Assembly (NCBI GenBank): GCA_965208125.1
Contig: OZ242320.1
Location: 224,001-288,000 of the forward strand
Source: Candidatus Latescibacterota bacterium
GTDB taxonomy: Bacteria; Latescibacterota; UBA2968
Length of the DNA stretch: 64,000 nucleotides
Reading direction: 5' to 3'
The notes beneath the pieces were generated by a model. It was not told the DNA's origin, did not search any database, and saw only the letters and a program-made list of their open reading frames with translations. The position numbers and the translations under genes are program-made. Position 1 is the stretch's first letter. Each line of letters begins with the position of its first letter. Below, piece after piece: positions 9,462 through 21,700 of this stretch.

Positions 9462-12400
9462 TCAGCAAAAAACAAAAAGCTCTGGCAAAACACCAGAGCT
9501 TTTCTGTTCCATTTGGAGAGCCACTGTTTTTCCACTTACCGATCTGCCAAATCCCTCTGCAAAAATCAGAAAGTCGTTGAACCCCACTGTGCCATTGCTA
9601 TCCAGATCGTATTTTGTGTCAAAACCCGTATCACCCTCCGACAGCCCAAAGTGGCTGACAAATAGCAAAAAATCCGTGCTCCCAACCATATTATCCCCAT
9701 CAAAATCCAGGCTTGCAAGACTGGCACCTGTCCCGATTAGTTTCACTTCCACGCTTTTGCCATCCTGACACGTAAACGCCACAACCGTCTGATCTGATTG
9801 AACCGTTGCGACCGCGAGATCATACATGTCATCCAAACGCCATTTTCCTCGCAACGTCACATCCACTGTGCGGGGCATACTCGACTGATTTACAATCAAC
9901 GTGCCATCTTGCCGGTGCGGATCCTGAATGGTCCAACTCCACCCAAAATCCGGATCCGCAACCGAAAGCAATAATCCATCCTCCACTTCGCGGGTCATCG
10001 CCAAAATCGGCAAAGACACAGATACAATCTGACCTTTATTGGGACTTGCATTCGTGTTAAACAGCGCGTAACCCGTGGTTTTCAAATCCCGATGATGTAC
10101 GATGTGTGCCATATGATTTTGCTGCCAGACCTCATATTCGGGTGCATTGGCAAATGCGTGTACCTTGTCGGACGAGCTTTGCACCAGCACAGCATATTCA
10201 TACTTTTTTGCCTGAGGCGCACTACCGTGATCCAGATACGCCAATTCAAAAGTTCCTGTACCACCGCTATCCCTGCCAAAATCTCCAGGGGTTTGCACCT
10301 GACGACGCACCCGCAAGTCGCCTCCATCTGGAATCACATAGCCATTACCCGAGGCGTCCATCACCCATGCGGTCTGCCCCGTTGTCCCCGAAAATGTATA
10401 GGGAATCGCCAGCACGCCTGTCCCATTGACCCATGTGGAGCGGTCCTCAGATATAGCTACTTGAAATAATGGCGTCACAGTTCTATGTCCACTATCATCA
10501 TTCTTAATACCCGATCCCAGGCAAACCAGTACATCGTCAAAACAAAACACCGTCTTAAACGCTCGAAAACTCGTATTGTATTCTGTATCGTGCAACTTCA
10601 GCGCAAACACGCCGTTTTGTCCTTCTATGTTCACCCCACCCACAAAAGTCTCATCCGAAAAATTGCGATCACGTGTCCTGTTGTTAAGCTCCGCATGACT
10701 CAGGCGAATCACCGTCGTACCCGGCCACATGCTCCAGTCCCATCCATCCCGAACAATCCCACTCGCCTCCCGGCCAACCGGATCGCCACTGGCGTAAATT
10801 AGCACCGAGCCATAGCTCAAATAACGACCGAGCGAATTTTCACTACCCGACGATTCAAAATCCCACACGTACTTGCTCCACCCTTTCATACTCACCATCC
10901 ATTCATTGCGCCGATGAATAGACAACGCGCCATAAGGCAATGTCCAGTGCCCAGATGGCGCTGCCTCGGGTGCGTGTCCTGCCTCTGCAAAATCCACTAT
11001 CATTTGCATCGCACCCGGCGTGTGCAAATACATGATCCCTGCAGATGCCTGTTCGAACAGACCTTCTCGCAATAACTGCGATTGAGGTTTCCAAAGCTGC
11101 ATAAACGCGCCAGCCAGTTCTGCATCCACCGAGGGATAGCTCAAAGCCACATACATATATGCCGGCAAATTTGCGTCGTTTACCGTTGTATTATTTGGAA
11201 ACCGACCACCGATGGCTGGCGAAATATCATACGTATTCGCCATAGCCCTGAACGTCAACAGCGCCTGCTTCAAATTATCGCGCTTATCATCGGCAACTGC
11301 AAAGACCGTATCGTGCAACAAATACACCAGCACAGAAGCCACATGAAAAGCATTTGGTGCATACGCATTGGCATAGATGCCCCGATGGTGAAACCCCACA
11401 AAATCCGGCTTAATCGTATCCAGCCACCCGGGCGCAATATCCAGCGCATTATTCAACCAGGCGACATAGCGGCGCATAGTAACGACCTTTTCAGGCGTAT
11501 CGTCCATCATCAAAATGCACAACAACCGATACATCGCCACCGAACGCAAAAAATCCGCATTCGCGCCCAGCACCTCGGGATCCTCATACAACTCACCAAA
11601 CATACTGTGCCATTTCAGGGTCGCCAATTCCCGCGCCAACGCCCCTTTGCTCTCCAAAGCATCCCGCATCAAATACACGGCATGGGAATACCCCGCAAGG
11701 CGCAAAAATTGGTGATGCAGCGAGCCTATACCACTACCGTCTGCCCATCCCTGATCATAGAGATAATCAAAAATATCCAGCACTTGATTTTTGGTATTGT
11801 TGTCACCATTCAACCGATAATCCAGCACCAGACGCAACAAGACCCTTGAGAAAACATTCTGATAGGGGGGAGTGTATGGTGATCGTTCAGCAAAGAGTGG
11901 GACTCCCAAAATTCGGTTATTCTCACGTCGAATATTATAATCTGGCAGATTGCGCCGCCCGAACCGGAAAAGCTTCTCCAACTCACTGATCCGAATTTGA
12001 ACGGGCTGTCGCTGGTCATTTTTCACATTGTCGCCCAAAACCCAGGTTTCATATCTCTGGACAATCGTCTCAAAAGCCTCTTTTTCTTCTTCGGTGATCT
12101 GCGAAGGTAGCAGATCTTGCAGTGTATTTAGACTCCATCTGTATTCGCGATTTCTCTCGCCACTTGTATTTACACCTCCATTCACAAATGGAACCTGGGC
12201 ATCAGCTGATCGCCTCGAGTCAATTGTTTCTACAAGTTCCATCAGATCCAGATAGACAGTGCCACTATTCGGCGCAATGACTTCAAATGCTGTCACGCGT
12301 CCATTTTGTGGACCTGCATAAGCATCATTGATCGCATCTTCTTGTAGATCAATCCACATCACCCGCCAACCCGTGAAATTCAAGCCAAAATGAAATTGAT

Positions 12401-12752
12401 AACGCGGATTATTTGTCACCAGTTCAGATTTCGTTCCAAACGCAAAAGTCAGTTTCTCACTGAGTGCCATTTCATTATAAACCCACGCCCGAAATCCCTT
12501 CAGTGCCTTGTCGCGTCCCGGCGAGGGATCTGTAAATAAAAGACGTCCGTTATTCTGCCAGATCCATTTCAGAGATTGCACTCCCGACTTGTAATGATCC
12601 GTCGAAAGCGATATCTCGCTGTTAGCATCTGTTTGATAGTCTGGCGACATTTCCTCAAAATTGTAGCACCAGGGCGTATCTTGCGCCATCGCCATATTGA
12701 CGCTGCCGAGCACACAGCCTGCAAAAATCATGATCCATCGCTGTAAGTTCAT
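9462..12752 (-). CDS. PL8-family glycosaminoglycan lyase (chondroitin ABC lyase-like) with a C-terminal dockerin/EF-hand-like pair
   Basis: Signal peptide; N-terminal Lyase_N-like HYKSGVQSLKW..LNFTGWR; QGWADGSG; TIKPDFVGFHHRGIYANAY; GRFP; GWDWSMWPGTT; YLDHG..YEYAV; C-terminal DFDGDNMVG..DFLLF..YDLDSNGTVGFNDFLIF. Confidence 0.88.
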   Translation of the reverse strand: MNLQRWIMIFAGCVLGSVNMAMAQDTPWCYNFEEMSPDYQTDANSEISLSTDHYKSGVQSLKWIWQNNGRLLFTDPSPGRDKALKGFRAWVYNEMALSEKLTFAFGTKSELVTNNPRYQFHFGLNFTGWRVMWIDLQEDAINDAYAGPQNGRVTAFEVIAPNSGTVYLDLMELVETIDSRRSADAQVPFVNGGVNTSGERNREYRWSLNTLQDLLPSQITEEEKEAFETIVQRYETWVLGDNVKNDQRQPVQIRISELEKLFRFGRRNLPDYNIRRENNRILGVPLFAERSPYTPPYQNVFSRVLLRLVLDYRLNGDNNTKNQVLDIFDYLYDQGWADGSGIGSLHHQFLRLAGYSHAVYLMRDALESKGALARELATLKWHSMFGELYEDPEVLGANADFLRSVAMYRLLCILMMDDTPEKVVTMRRYVAWLNNALDIAPGWLDTIKPDFVGFHHRGIYANAYAPNAFHVASVLVYLLHDTVFAVADDKRDNLKQALLTFRAMANTYDISPAIGGRFPNNTTVNDANLPAYMYVALSYPSVDAELAGAFMQLWKPQSQLLREGLFEQASAGIMYLHTPGAMQMIVDFAEAGHAPEAAPSGHWTLPYGALSIHRRNEWMVSMKGWSKYVWDFESSGSENSLGRYLSYGSVLIYASGDPVGREASGIVRDGWDWSMWPGTTVIRLSHAELNNRTRDRNFSDETFVGGVNIEGQNGVFALKLHDTEYNTSFRAFKTVFCFDDVLVCLGSGIKNDDSGHRTVTPLFQVAISEDRSTWVNGTGVLAIPYTFSGTTGQTAWVMDASGNGYVIPDGGDLRVRRQVQTPGDFGRDSGGTGTFELAYLDHGSAPQAKKYEYAVLVQSSSDKVHAFANAPEYEVWQQNHMAHIVHHRDLKTTGYALFNTNASPNKGQIVSVSLPILAMTREVEDGLLLSVADPDFGWSWTIQDPHRQDGTLIVNQSSMPRTVDVTLRGKWRLDDMYDLAVATVQSDQTVVAFTCQDGKSVEVKLIGTGASLASLDFDGDNMVGSTDFLLFVSHFGLSEGDTGFDTKYDLDSNGTVGFNDFLIFAEGFGRSVSGKTVALQMEQKSSGVLPELFVFC

Positions 12753-12782
12753 TATATGCTCCTGTTATTTTGCCTACTGGCT

Positions 12783-15700
12783 CTATTGCCCGAACAGGAT
12801 GAGCGAAGTACCCACGGCAATCTGGATGCCAACGTAGTTCATCGGTAATGAAGGTGCTGTTCCCAGACTGACGGTGGTCGATGTTGTCCCGCTCTGCGTC
12901 ACCGTTATGGGTTCGCTTTGGATATTGCCCTTTGAAATTGTGACTTCTGTGATCGCATTGCCATTCTCATCGGTCAGTGTACCATCTGTTGCCGATAGCT
13001 CAACAGTCATATCAAACGGCGCACCCTGGGCAACCTTGACCACAACTGTGGCGGGACCTTGTGCGGTCAAATCCGTATTGTCTGTACGTTCCAAGATTAG
13101 CGTAAGACTAAAGGGCGCACCCGTATTGCCAGACACATCCAGATGACTCAGGCTGGACAAACCGAAGAATATACTGTCGGGCAGCGCGCTCAACGTATTT
13201 CCATTCAGACTCAAAGTCTCCAAATTGGCCAAACCGGAAAACACGCCAGAGGGCAGTGTACTCACTGAATTACTGTCGAGACTCACAAATCTCAAATTCG
13301 ATAGACCATTGAACACATCCGCAGGTAGTGCGGTCAATTCATTGTCGTAAAGGCTCACAAATCTCAAATTCGACAGACCGGAAAACACACCTGATGGGAG
13401 TGAGGTCAAGTCATTGTCGTAAAAATTCAGAATTCTCAGATTGGGCAGGTCAGAGAAATCACTCGCCAGTAAAGTGGTGATACTCCGACTACGGAAATCC
13501 AAAGAATCTACAATCCCGACCAGGTGCTCCTCTGTGACATGGGCGCAGTTGTTAATCCCGTCTATCACAGACAGGATAGCCGTTTGTACCTGTGAAGTCC
13601 TGCTGCAAATCCCTATGGGGATCGTCAAAGTAAAGCTCGTCTGTACCTGACTGCCTTTGCCGTCATCGGCTGTTACTATAATCGTAAAGGGCGAACCATC
13701 GGTATTGGACGGTGTACCGCTGAACGTGCGCGAGGACGAAGTAAAAGTCAGCCACGCTGGCTGCCCGCTGCTCGTGTAGGTAAGGACATCGCTATCGGCA
13801 TCGCTAAACGCATCTGCGGGAAAGGTGTACGTAAACGCGTTGCCCGATAATGCAATCTGATCAGTAAGTCCTTTATCGACCACAGGTGCCGTATTTTTCA
13901 CCCTCACATCGATCTCCTGCGTGGCGCTGTTAGTCTGATCACTTGCAGTCACTGTCACCGTTGCACTTCCTGCACTCACCGGCGTTATCATAACTTCAGA
14001 ACCCGTTACACTCACCGACGCTATACCGGGCATATTTGAAGTCGCACTGTAGCTTAAAATGTCGCCATCCACATCCGAAAAACTGTCTTTCACATCCACA
14101 ACTACGGCACCGCCCCCCACATCCAGAGTCTGTGCGGCAATTGCTCCCACGACTTCAGGTTCTGTCTTTCCGAACAAGACAAGCGGTGTGCCAGAAACTA
14201 TGCGGATACCCTCATATCCTCCTGGGACTTCAGGTGCCTCGTCTATGTGGATCCTGGTCGGTGATGTCCCGCTCTGTGTCACCGTTATAGATTCACTCTG
14301 GATATTGCCCTTTGAAATTGTCGCCTCAGTTATCGCACTGCCATTCCCATTGGTCAGTGTACCGTCTATTGCCGATAGCTCAACAGTCATATCAAACGGC
14401 GCACCCTGAGCAATACTGACCACAACAGTGGCGGGTCCCTGTACTGTCAAGTCCGCATTGTCTATGCGTTTCAATTCCAGCGTGAGGGTGAAGGGCGCAC
14501 CCGTATTGCCGGATACGTCCAGCTTTCTCAAACTGGACAGACCGTAGAACATGCTATCGGGAAGCACGCTCAACAAGTTACCGGTCAGATTCAGGATTTG
14601 CAGACTGGATAAGTCAAAAAAAGCACTATCGGGCAATGCGCTCAATGTGTTGCCGCTGAGATTCAGAGTTTGCAGACTGGATAAGCCGGAAAACGCACGA
14701 TCAGGGAGCGTGCCCAATTCGTTGCCGTCAAGACTCAGGAACCTCAAACTGGAAAGATCCGAAAATGCATCATCGGGTAGCGCGGCACTCAACAGATTAC
14801 TGTTCAGACTCAGCGTTTGCAGACTGGACAGACCACTGAACACACCTATCGGAAGATTGGTCAGACGGTTATTGTCAAGGTTCAGCGTTTGCAGACTGGA
14901 CAGATCACTGAACACACCCATTGGAAGATTGGTCAGTCGATTATCGTAAAGACTCAGCGTCTGCAGACTGGACAGATCACTGAACACACCCATTGGAAGA
15001 TTGGTCAGCCGATTATCGTAAAGACTCAGCGTCTGCAGACTGGACAGGTCAGCGAATAGGTTAGCGTCCAGATTATTCAACCTGTTACCATCAAGATTCA
15101 GGGTTTGCAGGCTGGACAAGCCAGTGAACACATTAGTGGGCAGTATTCTAAATTTATTTCTATAAAGACTCAAAGTTTGCAGGCTGGACAAATCAGTGAA
15201 CACGTCAGCAGGCAGTGTTCTCAAATCATTCTCGTAAAGCCACAAGTTTTGAAGATTAGACAGACCAGTGAAATCATTTGCCAGCAGGGCAGTGATATTC
15301 TGATTGCTAAGATCCAAAATCTCCGTGATCCCCGTCAGGTGCATGTTTGTGACCAGAGCACAGTCGGTAATCCCAGCTATCGCAGACAATATCTCGGTTT
15401 GAACAGCCGCTGTGCGGGTACATATCTCTGGCGCGATTTCGGTCATCCCTACTACAGTATCTGACCACCCACTTGTCCCTTCGTCATTCTCTGCTCTGAC
15501 CTGTACATCGTAGCTTGTATCTTGACTTAGGCTGCTAATCGTATATTCAAGAGCACCATCACCACTCTCCCACGCATCCTCTGCCACCGTCCAGTTGGCA
15601 TCATCTGTCTCATCATCACTGGTCAGAATATGACGCACATCATAAGCACTGATCGCTGGTCCCGTGTTCGTAGGCGCTTCCCATTCCACGGTCAGACTGT

Positions 15701-18700
15701 TAAAGGTCGAAGATGCCACTGTCGGGGCATCAGGCACACCGGGAGCCTCTCCATCCACATCAGTCAGGGTCACCGTGAGCGTATCCCTCGCTGTCAAAGC
15801 TCGACCACCCATGCCGCTTGTCGCAGACACGAACACGATATATTCATTATTGCCCGCTGCATTGGCTGGGTCGGTAACCGCCACATCAGCAGGTGCCTCA
15901 TAGTTGGGGGCTACCTTGAACGTCAACACACCGGTAGATCCTCCAATGGAGAACTGTGACCCATCTGCACCAGACTCAATGCCATAACGCTCGATATCAT
16001 CCCCCATATCATCATCCGTCGCACTCACAGTCACAAGGTCTGATGTGCTGTTCTCTGCCACTGTGATCGGTGAGATAGGTGCAATCACGGGAGCCACATT
16101 GGAAGAGATTTTGATATCGTCCAATCGGAAAATCGTATCTCCGAAGTCCTCCGTTGTGGTGAATATGATTCCGTCTACATCTTCCCAGGTGGCATTGCTC
16201 CGCCCTAATCTGCTCAGGGGAATACTCACCTGGTGCCACTGACTGTCCCATGAAGTTATGCCTATATTCTCCTCATTGACGCGGTATCCCCTGTTCGAAT
16301 CCATGTCGAAGCGGACTCTGAACTCGGTTCCTGGGGTATCGCCCCATACCCAGAATTCAAAGACATAGTCGTCAGCCAGGAGGGACAAGTCGAAATTCGG
16401 GGTAAAATCGAACCTCACAATATCGCCCTTTTTCGCTCCTGACCAGTAAATGCTTTTGTTCCCCACGACCGCCTCTGTATCATCGTCGAACGTGAGCCAT
16501 CCCCTGCTATAGAGTTTGCCGGAAATACCCTCTCCGAGGCTATTGAGGCCATCGGTATATATCTCAAAGCCAGCCTGCTTAGACACGGTCACCCATTCAA
16601 GCTGAGGGGAGACGTTCAGCCCGAGTGCCTCGACTATCGAGATATCGAGATTGTAGTCGAAGTGATCATCACCCTCATTTTCAAATATTTTGAAACCTCC
16701 TACGCCGTATTCCCAGAGCGTCCAGGCAATATTGTTGTCTTCCATATAAGTTCGCGCTTCTCGAATCCAGGCCGCGCGGTCATCTGGGGGGGCATATGGC
16801 CCATAGACGCCAAACTCGCCGCACCACACAGGCACGTTGCGATCCTCAGCAAAATCGACAGCGTTCTTGAGCCCATTCTGCAATTTCTCTAACGTCCCCT
16901 TCGTGTGATAATCTTCAAGAATTTCGGGCACGGGGTCCGGCATGCGGCTGGCATCATACGGCCAGGGCACGCCCCTGAGATCCTTAAATCTGTCTATCCA
17001 GCCAGCCCCTTGGTGCGTAAACTCTCCAGGATTGTAGATATGAAATGTGTAGATAAGGTTATCGTCTGTATATTCCGGCAGCGTTCTGAGGGCGCCCGAA
17101 TGGAATTTGCCACCTGTGACCACGATGGTGTGTGTGTTATCATGGGCGCGAATGGTGTCGATAACTGCCTGCTGAATCGGATTCCAAATACTGGGTTGGA
17201 TGTTTGGCTCGTTGAAGACTTCGTACAACACCAGCTTAGAGCGATTTTTATAGCGCTCGGCGATCTGAGGCCAGACCTGGACGAGATATTCCCTGGTATC
17301 ACTCCGATTATTTTGGTCTGTTTCTTCCGCGGCTAGTTTATGGTTGGTGTGATTGTCGAGGATAATGTAGAGGCCGAGTTCCTCTGCCCAATCGACTATC
17401 TGGTCGAGATAGGTGAAAAAGAGAGGGTCTATGATGTGTGAGGGTTCCCCACTGGTCAGAGGAACAAAGGGCAGTCGCACAACGTCGCATCCAAGGGTCT
17501 TAACGTTCACAAACGTCTGCCGATCATAGGTTATGAAAGGATGCGTCCTGGGACGCTGCATAAACACAGTGAGATTTACGCCGCGACTAAAAGGAGGGAG
17601 TCGCCGCTTCGGAGTGGCGGTCGCCTGGTTGGAGACGAGGCTGTTGCCCACGACATTCACAGCGCGGACCTCGAAGGTATATTCCGTGTCGAAGGTCAGA
17701 TCCCCTACGGTGTAGGTCGTGGCCGTGCCCCCAGTGGTCGTCCAGTTCGGATCCCACGTTGTACCATCATCGTCGCTGGCGCGGTATTCGTAGCGCGTGA
17801 TGGGTGAGCCTCCCTCGTCCGCAGGCGCGATCCAAGACAGTGTTACCAAAAAGCCAGAAGTGGCAATCAGGTCTGTGGGTGCGCCCGGGACGGTGACCAG
17901 TGTTGTCCCACTTACTGAGTCTGACCAATCACTTATGCCTTCATCACTTTCTGCTCGCACCTGCACTTCATAGCTTGTATTTGGACTTAAACTACCAATC
18001 GTGTAGGTAAGATCACCATCATCTGTCTCCCACGCATCAGTCGCCACTGTCCAGTTGGCATCTACTTTATCAGGCGCACTACTAAGAATATGACGCACAT
18101 CATACGCACTAATCGCAGGTCCTGTGTTCGTTGGGACTTCCCAACTCACCTTCAAGCTGTTGAAGGTCGTGGCTGCTATGGTTGGCGCATCAGGCTTGCC
18201 AGGAGGCTCGGCCTCATCACCCACCATCACTTTAAGTGTATCCCCTGCTGTCAATGCACGGGCATTCTCACCACTGGTTACTTCTACGAACACGATATAT
18301 TCATTGTTGTTGGCTGCATTGGATGGATCAGTCACTGCCACATCCTTAGGCTCCTCATAGTTGGGTGCCACCTTGAACGTCAACACACCTGTTTGGTCAT
18401 CAATCTCAAACTGTGATCCATCGGCACCTTCAACAATGCTATAACCCTCTATGTCATCATCGCTATCTGCATCTGTCGCACTCACGGTCACAATGTCTGT
18501 AGTGCTATTCTCATTGATTGAGAACGCCGATGTACTCGTGATTACTGGCGCAACATTGGCTTCAGTCATCCCCACCCCAGAGGATGACCAACCACCTGTG
18601 CCCTCATCACTTCCTGCTCGCACTTGAATATCATAGCTTGTGTTCTGCTCCAGACTGCCAATCGTATATTCAAGGTCATCACCATTATTACTCGTCCACA

Positions 18701-21700
18701 CTTCCTCAACCACTGTCCACTTGCTATCATCCTCCTTATCTGTGGCACTGACACTACTGAGAATGTAGCGTACATCATACGCACTAATCGCAGGTCCTGT
18801 GTTCGCAGGGGCTGTCCATTCTACTATCAGACTATTAAATGTTACTTCTGCTATCGTCGGGGTAGCAGGCTTGCCCGGTACTTCAGTCACATCACTCACG
18901 GTGATTGTTAGTGTGTCCCTTGCTGTCAACGCGCGCGCACCTGTACCGCCTGTTGCTGTGACATACACGATGTATTCATTGTTACTTGCATCATTAGCCG
19001 GATCACTAACTGCCACATCTTTAGGATCTTCATAGTTAGGGGATGCCTTGAATGTCAACACACCGGTAGATGCACCAATAGAGAACAGTTCCCCATCAGC
19101 ACCAGAGGCTATCCCATAACTTTCAATGTCATCACCTTCATCTGCATCAGTCGCACTGACTGTGACAAGGGCACCCGTGCTATTCTCTGCCATGCTGATC
19201 GGCGAGATAGTAGCAATCACTGGGGTCACATTCGCACTTGTTGTCCCACTCACCGAAGAAGACCAGTCACTCGTGCCTTCGTCACTTTCTGCACGCACCT
19301 GTATATCATAGCTCGTATTCTGGCTCAAGCCGCCTATCAGATATTCGAGATTGCCATCACCACTCTTCCAGGCCTCTTCCTTCACGGTCCAGTTGGCATC
19401 ATCTGTCTCATCCTCACTTGTCAGAATATGACGCACATCATAAGCACTGATCGCTGGTCCCGTGTTCGTAGGCGCTTCCCATTCCACGGTCAGACTGTTA
19501 AAGGTCGAGGATGCCACTGTCGGGGCATCAGGCACACCAGGTGCTTCGTTCACATCACTCACTGTCACGGTCAGTGTATCTCTTACCATTAACTCACGAT
19601 CACCTGTCCCGCTCTTCACTTCCACCACCACGATATACTCATTGTTGCTTGCTGCATTGGATGGATCAGCCACCGCTACATCCTTAGGATCCTCATAGTT
19701 TGGAGCCGCTTTGAACGTCAATACACCACTTTGTTCAGTAAGCGCAAACTGCTCTCCATCTGCTGCATCAACAATCTCATACCCTGTAATACTATCATCG
19801 TCATCGGCATCACTCGCAGTGACTGTGACCAGTGCCCCCGTGCTGTTCTCTGCCACACTGATTGGAGAAATAGTGGCGATGACTGGCGCCACATTCGCTC
19901 TTGTTGTCCCACTCACCGAAGAAGACCAGTCACTGGTGCCTTCATCACTTTCTGCTCTAACCTGTATATCATAACCTGTATCCTGACTCAGGTTACCAAC
20001 CGGATATTCAAGCGCATCATCACCAGTCTCCCACGCATCCTCTACCTCTGTCCAGTTGGCGTCATCTGTCTCATCCTCACTTGTCAGAATATGACGCACA
20101 TCATAAGCACTGATCGTTGGTCCCATGTTCGTTGGGGCTACCCATTCTATCTTTAAGCTGTTAAATGTTGCTTGTGCTATCGTCGGTGCAGCAGGTGTGC
20201 CAGGAACCTCTGTCTCATCGGTCACCGTCACTGTAATCGTATCTCTACTCGTTAGTGCGCGGGCATCCTCTCCACCTGTCGTAGTCACGATTACAATGTA
20301 TTCATTGTTGTTCGCTGCATTGTCATTAGCAGAATCATTCGCATCCGTAAATGTCACATCCTTTGGATCTTCATAATTCGGCGCTGTCTTGAATGTCAAC
20401 ACACCCGTAGATGCTCCAATGGAGAACTGTGCGCCATCTGCATCATCAACAATCCCATACCTCTCAATGTCATCATCCTCATCTGCATCTGTCGCACTGA
20501 CCGTGATAACATCTGCTGTACTGTTCTCACTGACTGAAATCGCCGATATACTCGCGAAGACTGGTGCAACATTGGCTTCAGTCATCCCCACCCCAGAGGA
20601 TGACCAACCACCTATGCCCTCATCACTTCCTGCTCGCACTTGAATATCATAGCTTGTGTTCTGCTCCAGACTGCCAATCGTATATTCAAGGTCATCACCA
20701 TTATTACTCGTCCACACTGCCTCAACCACTGTCCACTTGTCATCTGCCTTATCTGATGCATTGGTCAGAATGTAGCGGATATCATACGCACTTATATCAG
20801 GACCTGTGTTATCAGGCGCACTCCATTGCACCTTTAAGCTATTCACTGTTGCCTCTGCCACTGTTGGTGCATCAGGCGCTCCAGGGGCTTCTTTCACATC
20901 CTCCACAGTCACCGTAATCGTATCTCTACCTGTCAACTCACGAGCACCTGTCCCACTCTTCACCTCCACCACCACGATGTATTCATTATTCTCCCCTGCA
21001 TTGTTATTCGTCGAATTGGATACATCCTTAAACGCTACATCGGCAGGTGCCTCATAGTTGGGAGCCATCTTGAAACTCAACACACCCGTCTGATCATTGA
21101 GATCAAACTGTGCTCCATCTGCACCTTCAACAATGTGATACCCTGTGATGTTGTCATCTGCATTGGCATCTGTCGCTGTGACCGTGACAATGTCCGTTGT
21201 ACTGTTCTCATTGAATGTAACCGCAGACACACTTGTGAACACGGGTGGTGTATTATGGCCGGTATTAGCTCGAATCGCTGGAGACCAATTACTTTTTCCG
21301 CCCTCAAAGACGGTTCTAACTTGAAACTCATAAGTCGTCGACCTCTCCAGGCCGACGACTGTATAAGACATATCAGATCTGGTAAAATTGACGGGTATAA
21401 TGGTATTATAGTCCTCATCAACCTTTCTATATCGGATCTCATAGCCAATAATAACATAATCATTCGCAGGTGGCGCTCTCCAGGTGATCTCAACAAAAAC
21501 AGTCCCAATTGGTTTCACTCTTGCGAAGATAGGTTTATCCGGCGTGAGTGGATGTATAATATTTATAGTAACTTCAGCAGTAGCAACACCACCATTACTG
21601 TCATCTACAACGATGGTGAACGTGTAAACCTCTTTATTGAACACCGCACCTGCTTTCGTCTTAATATGACCGAACCAATTGACCGTAAAATTGGAAGCAT

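Noticed and set aside
14815-15050. CRISPR-like periodic repeats
   Set aside because: Contiguous in-frame 72-bp LRR units with no unique spacers; no cas genes.
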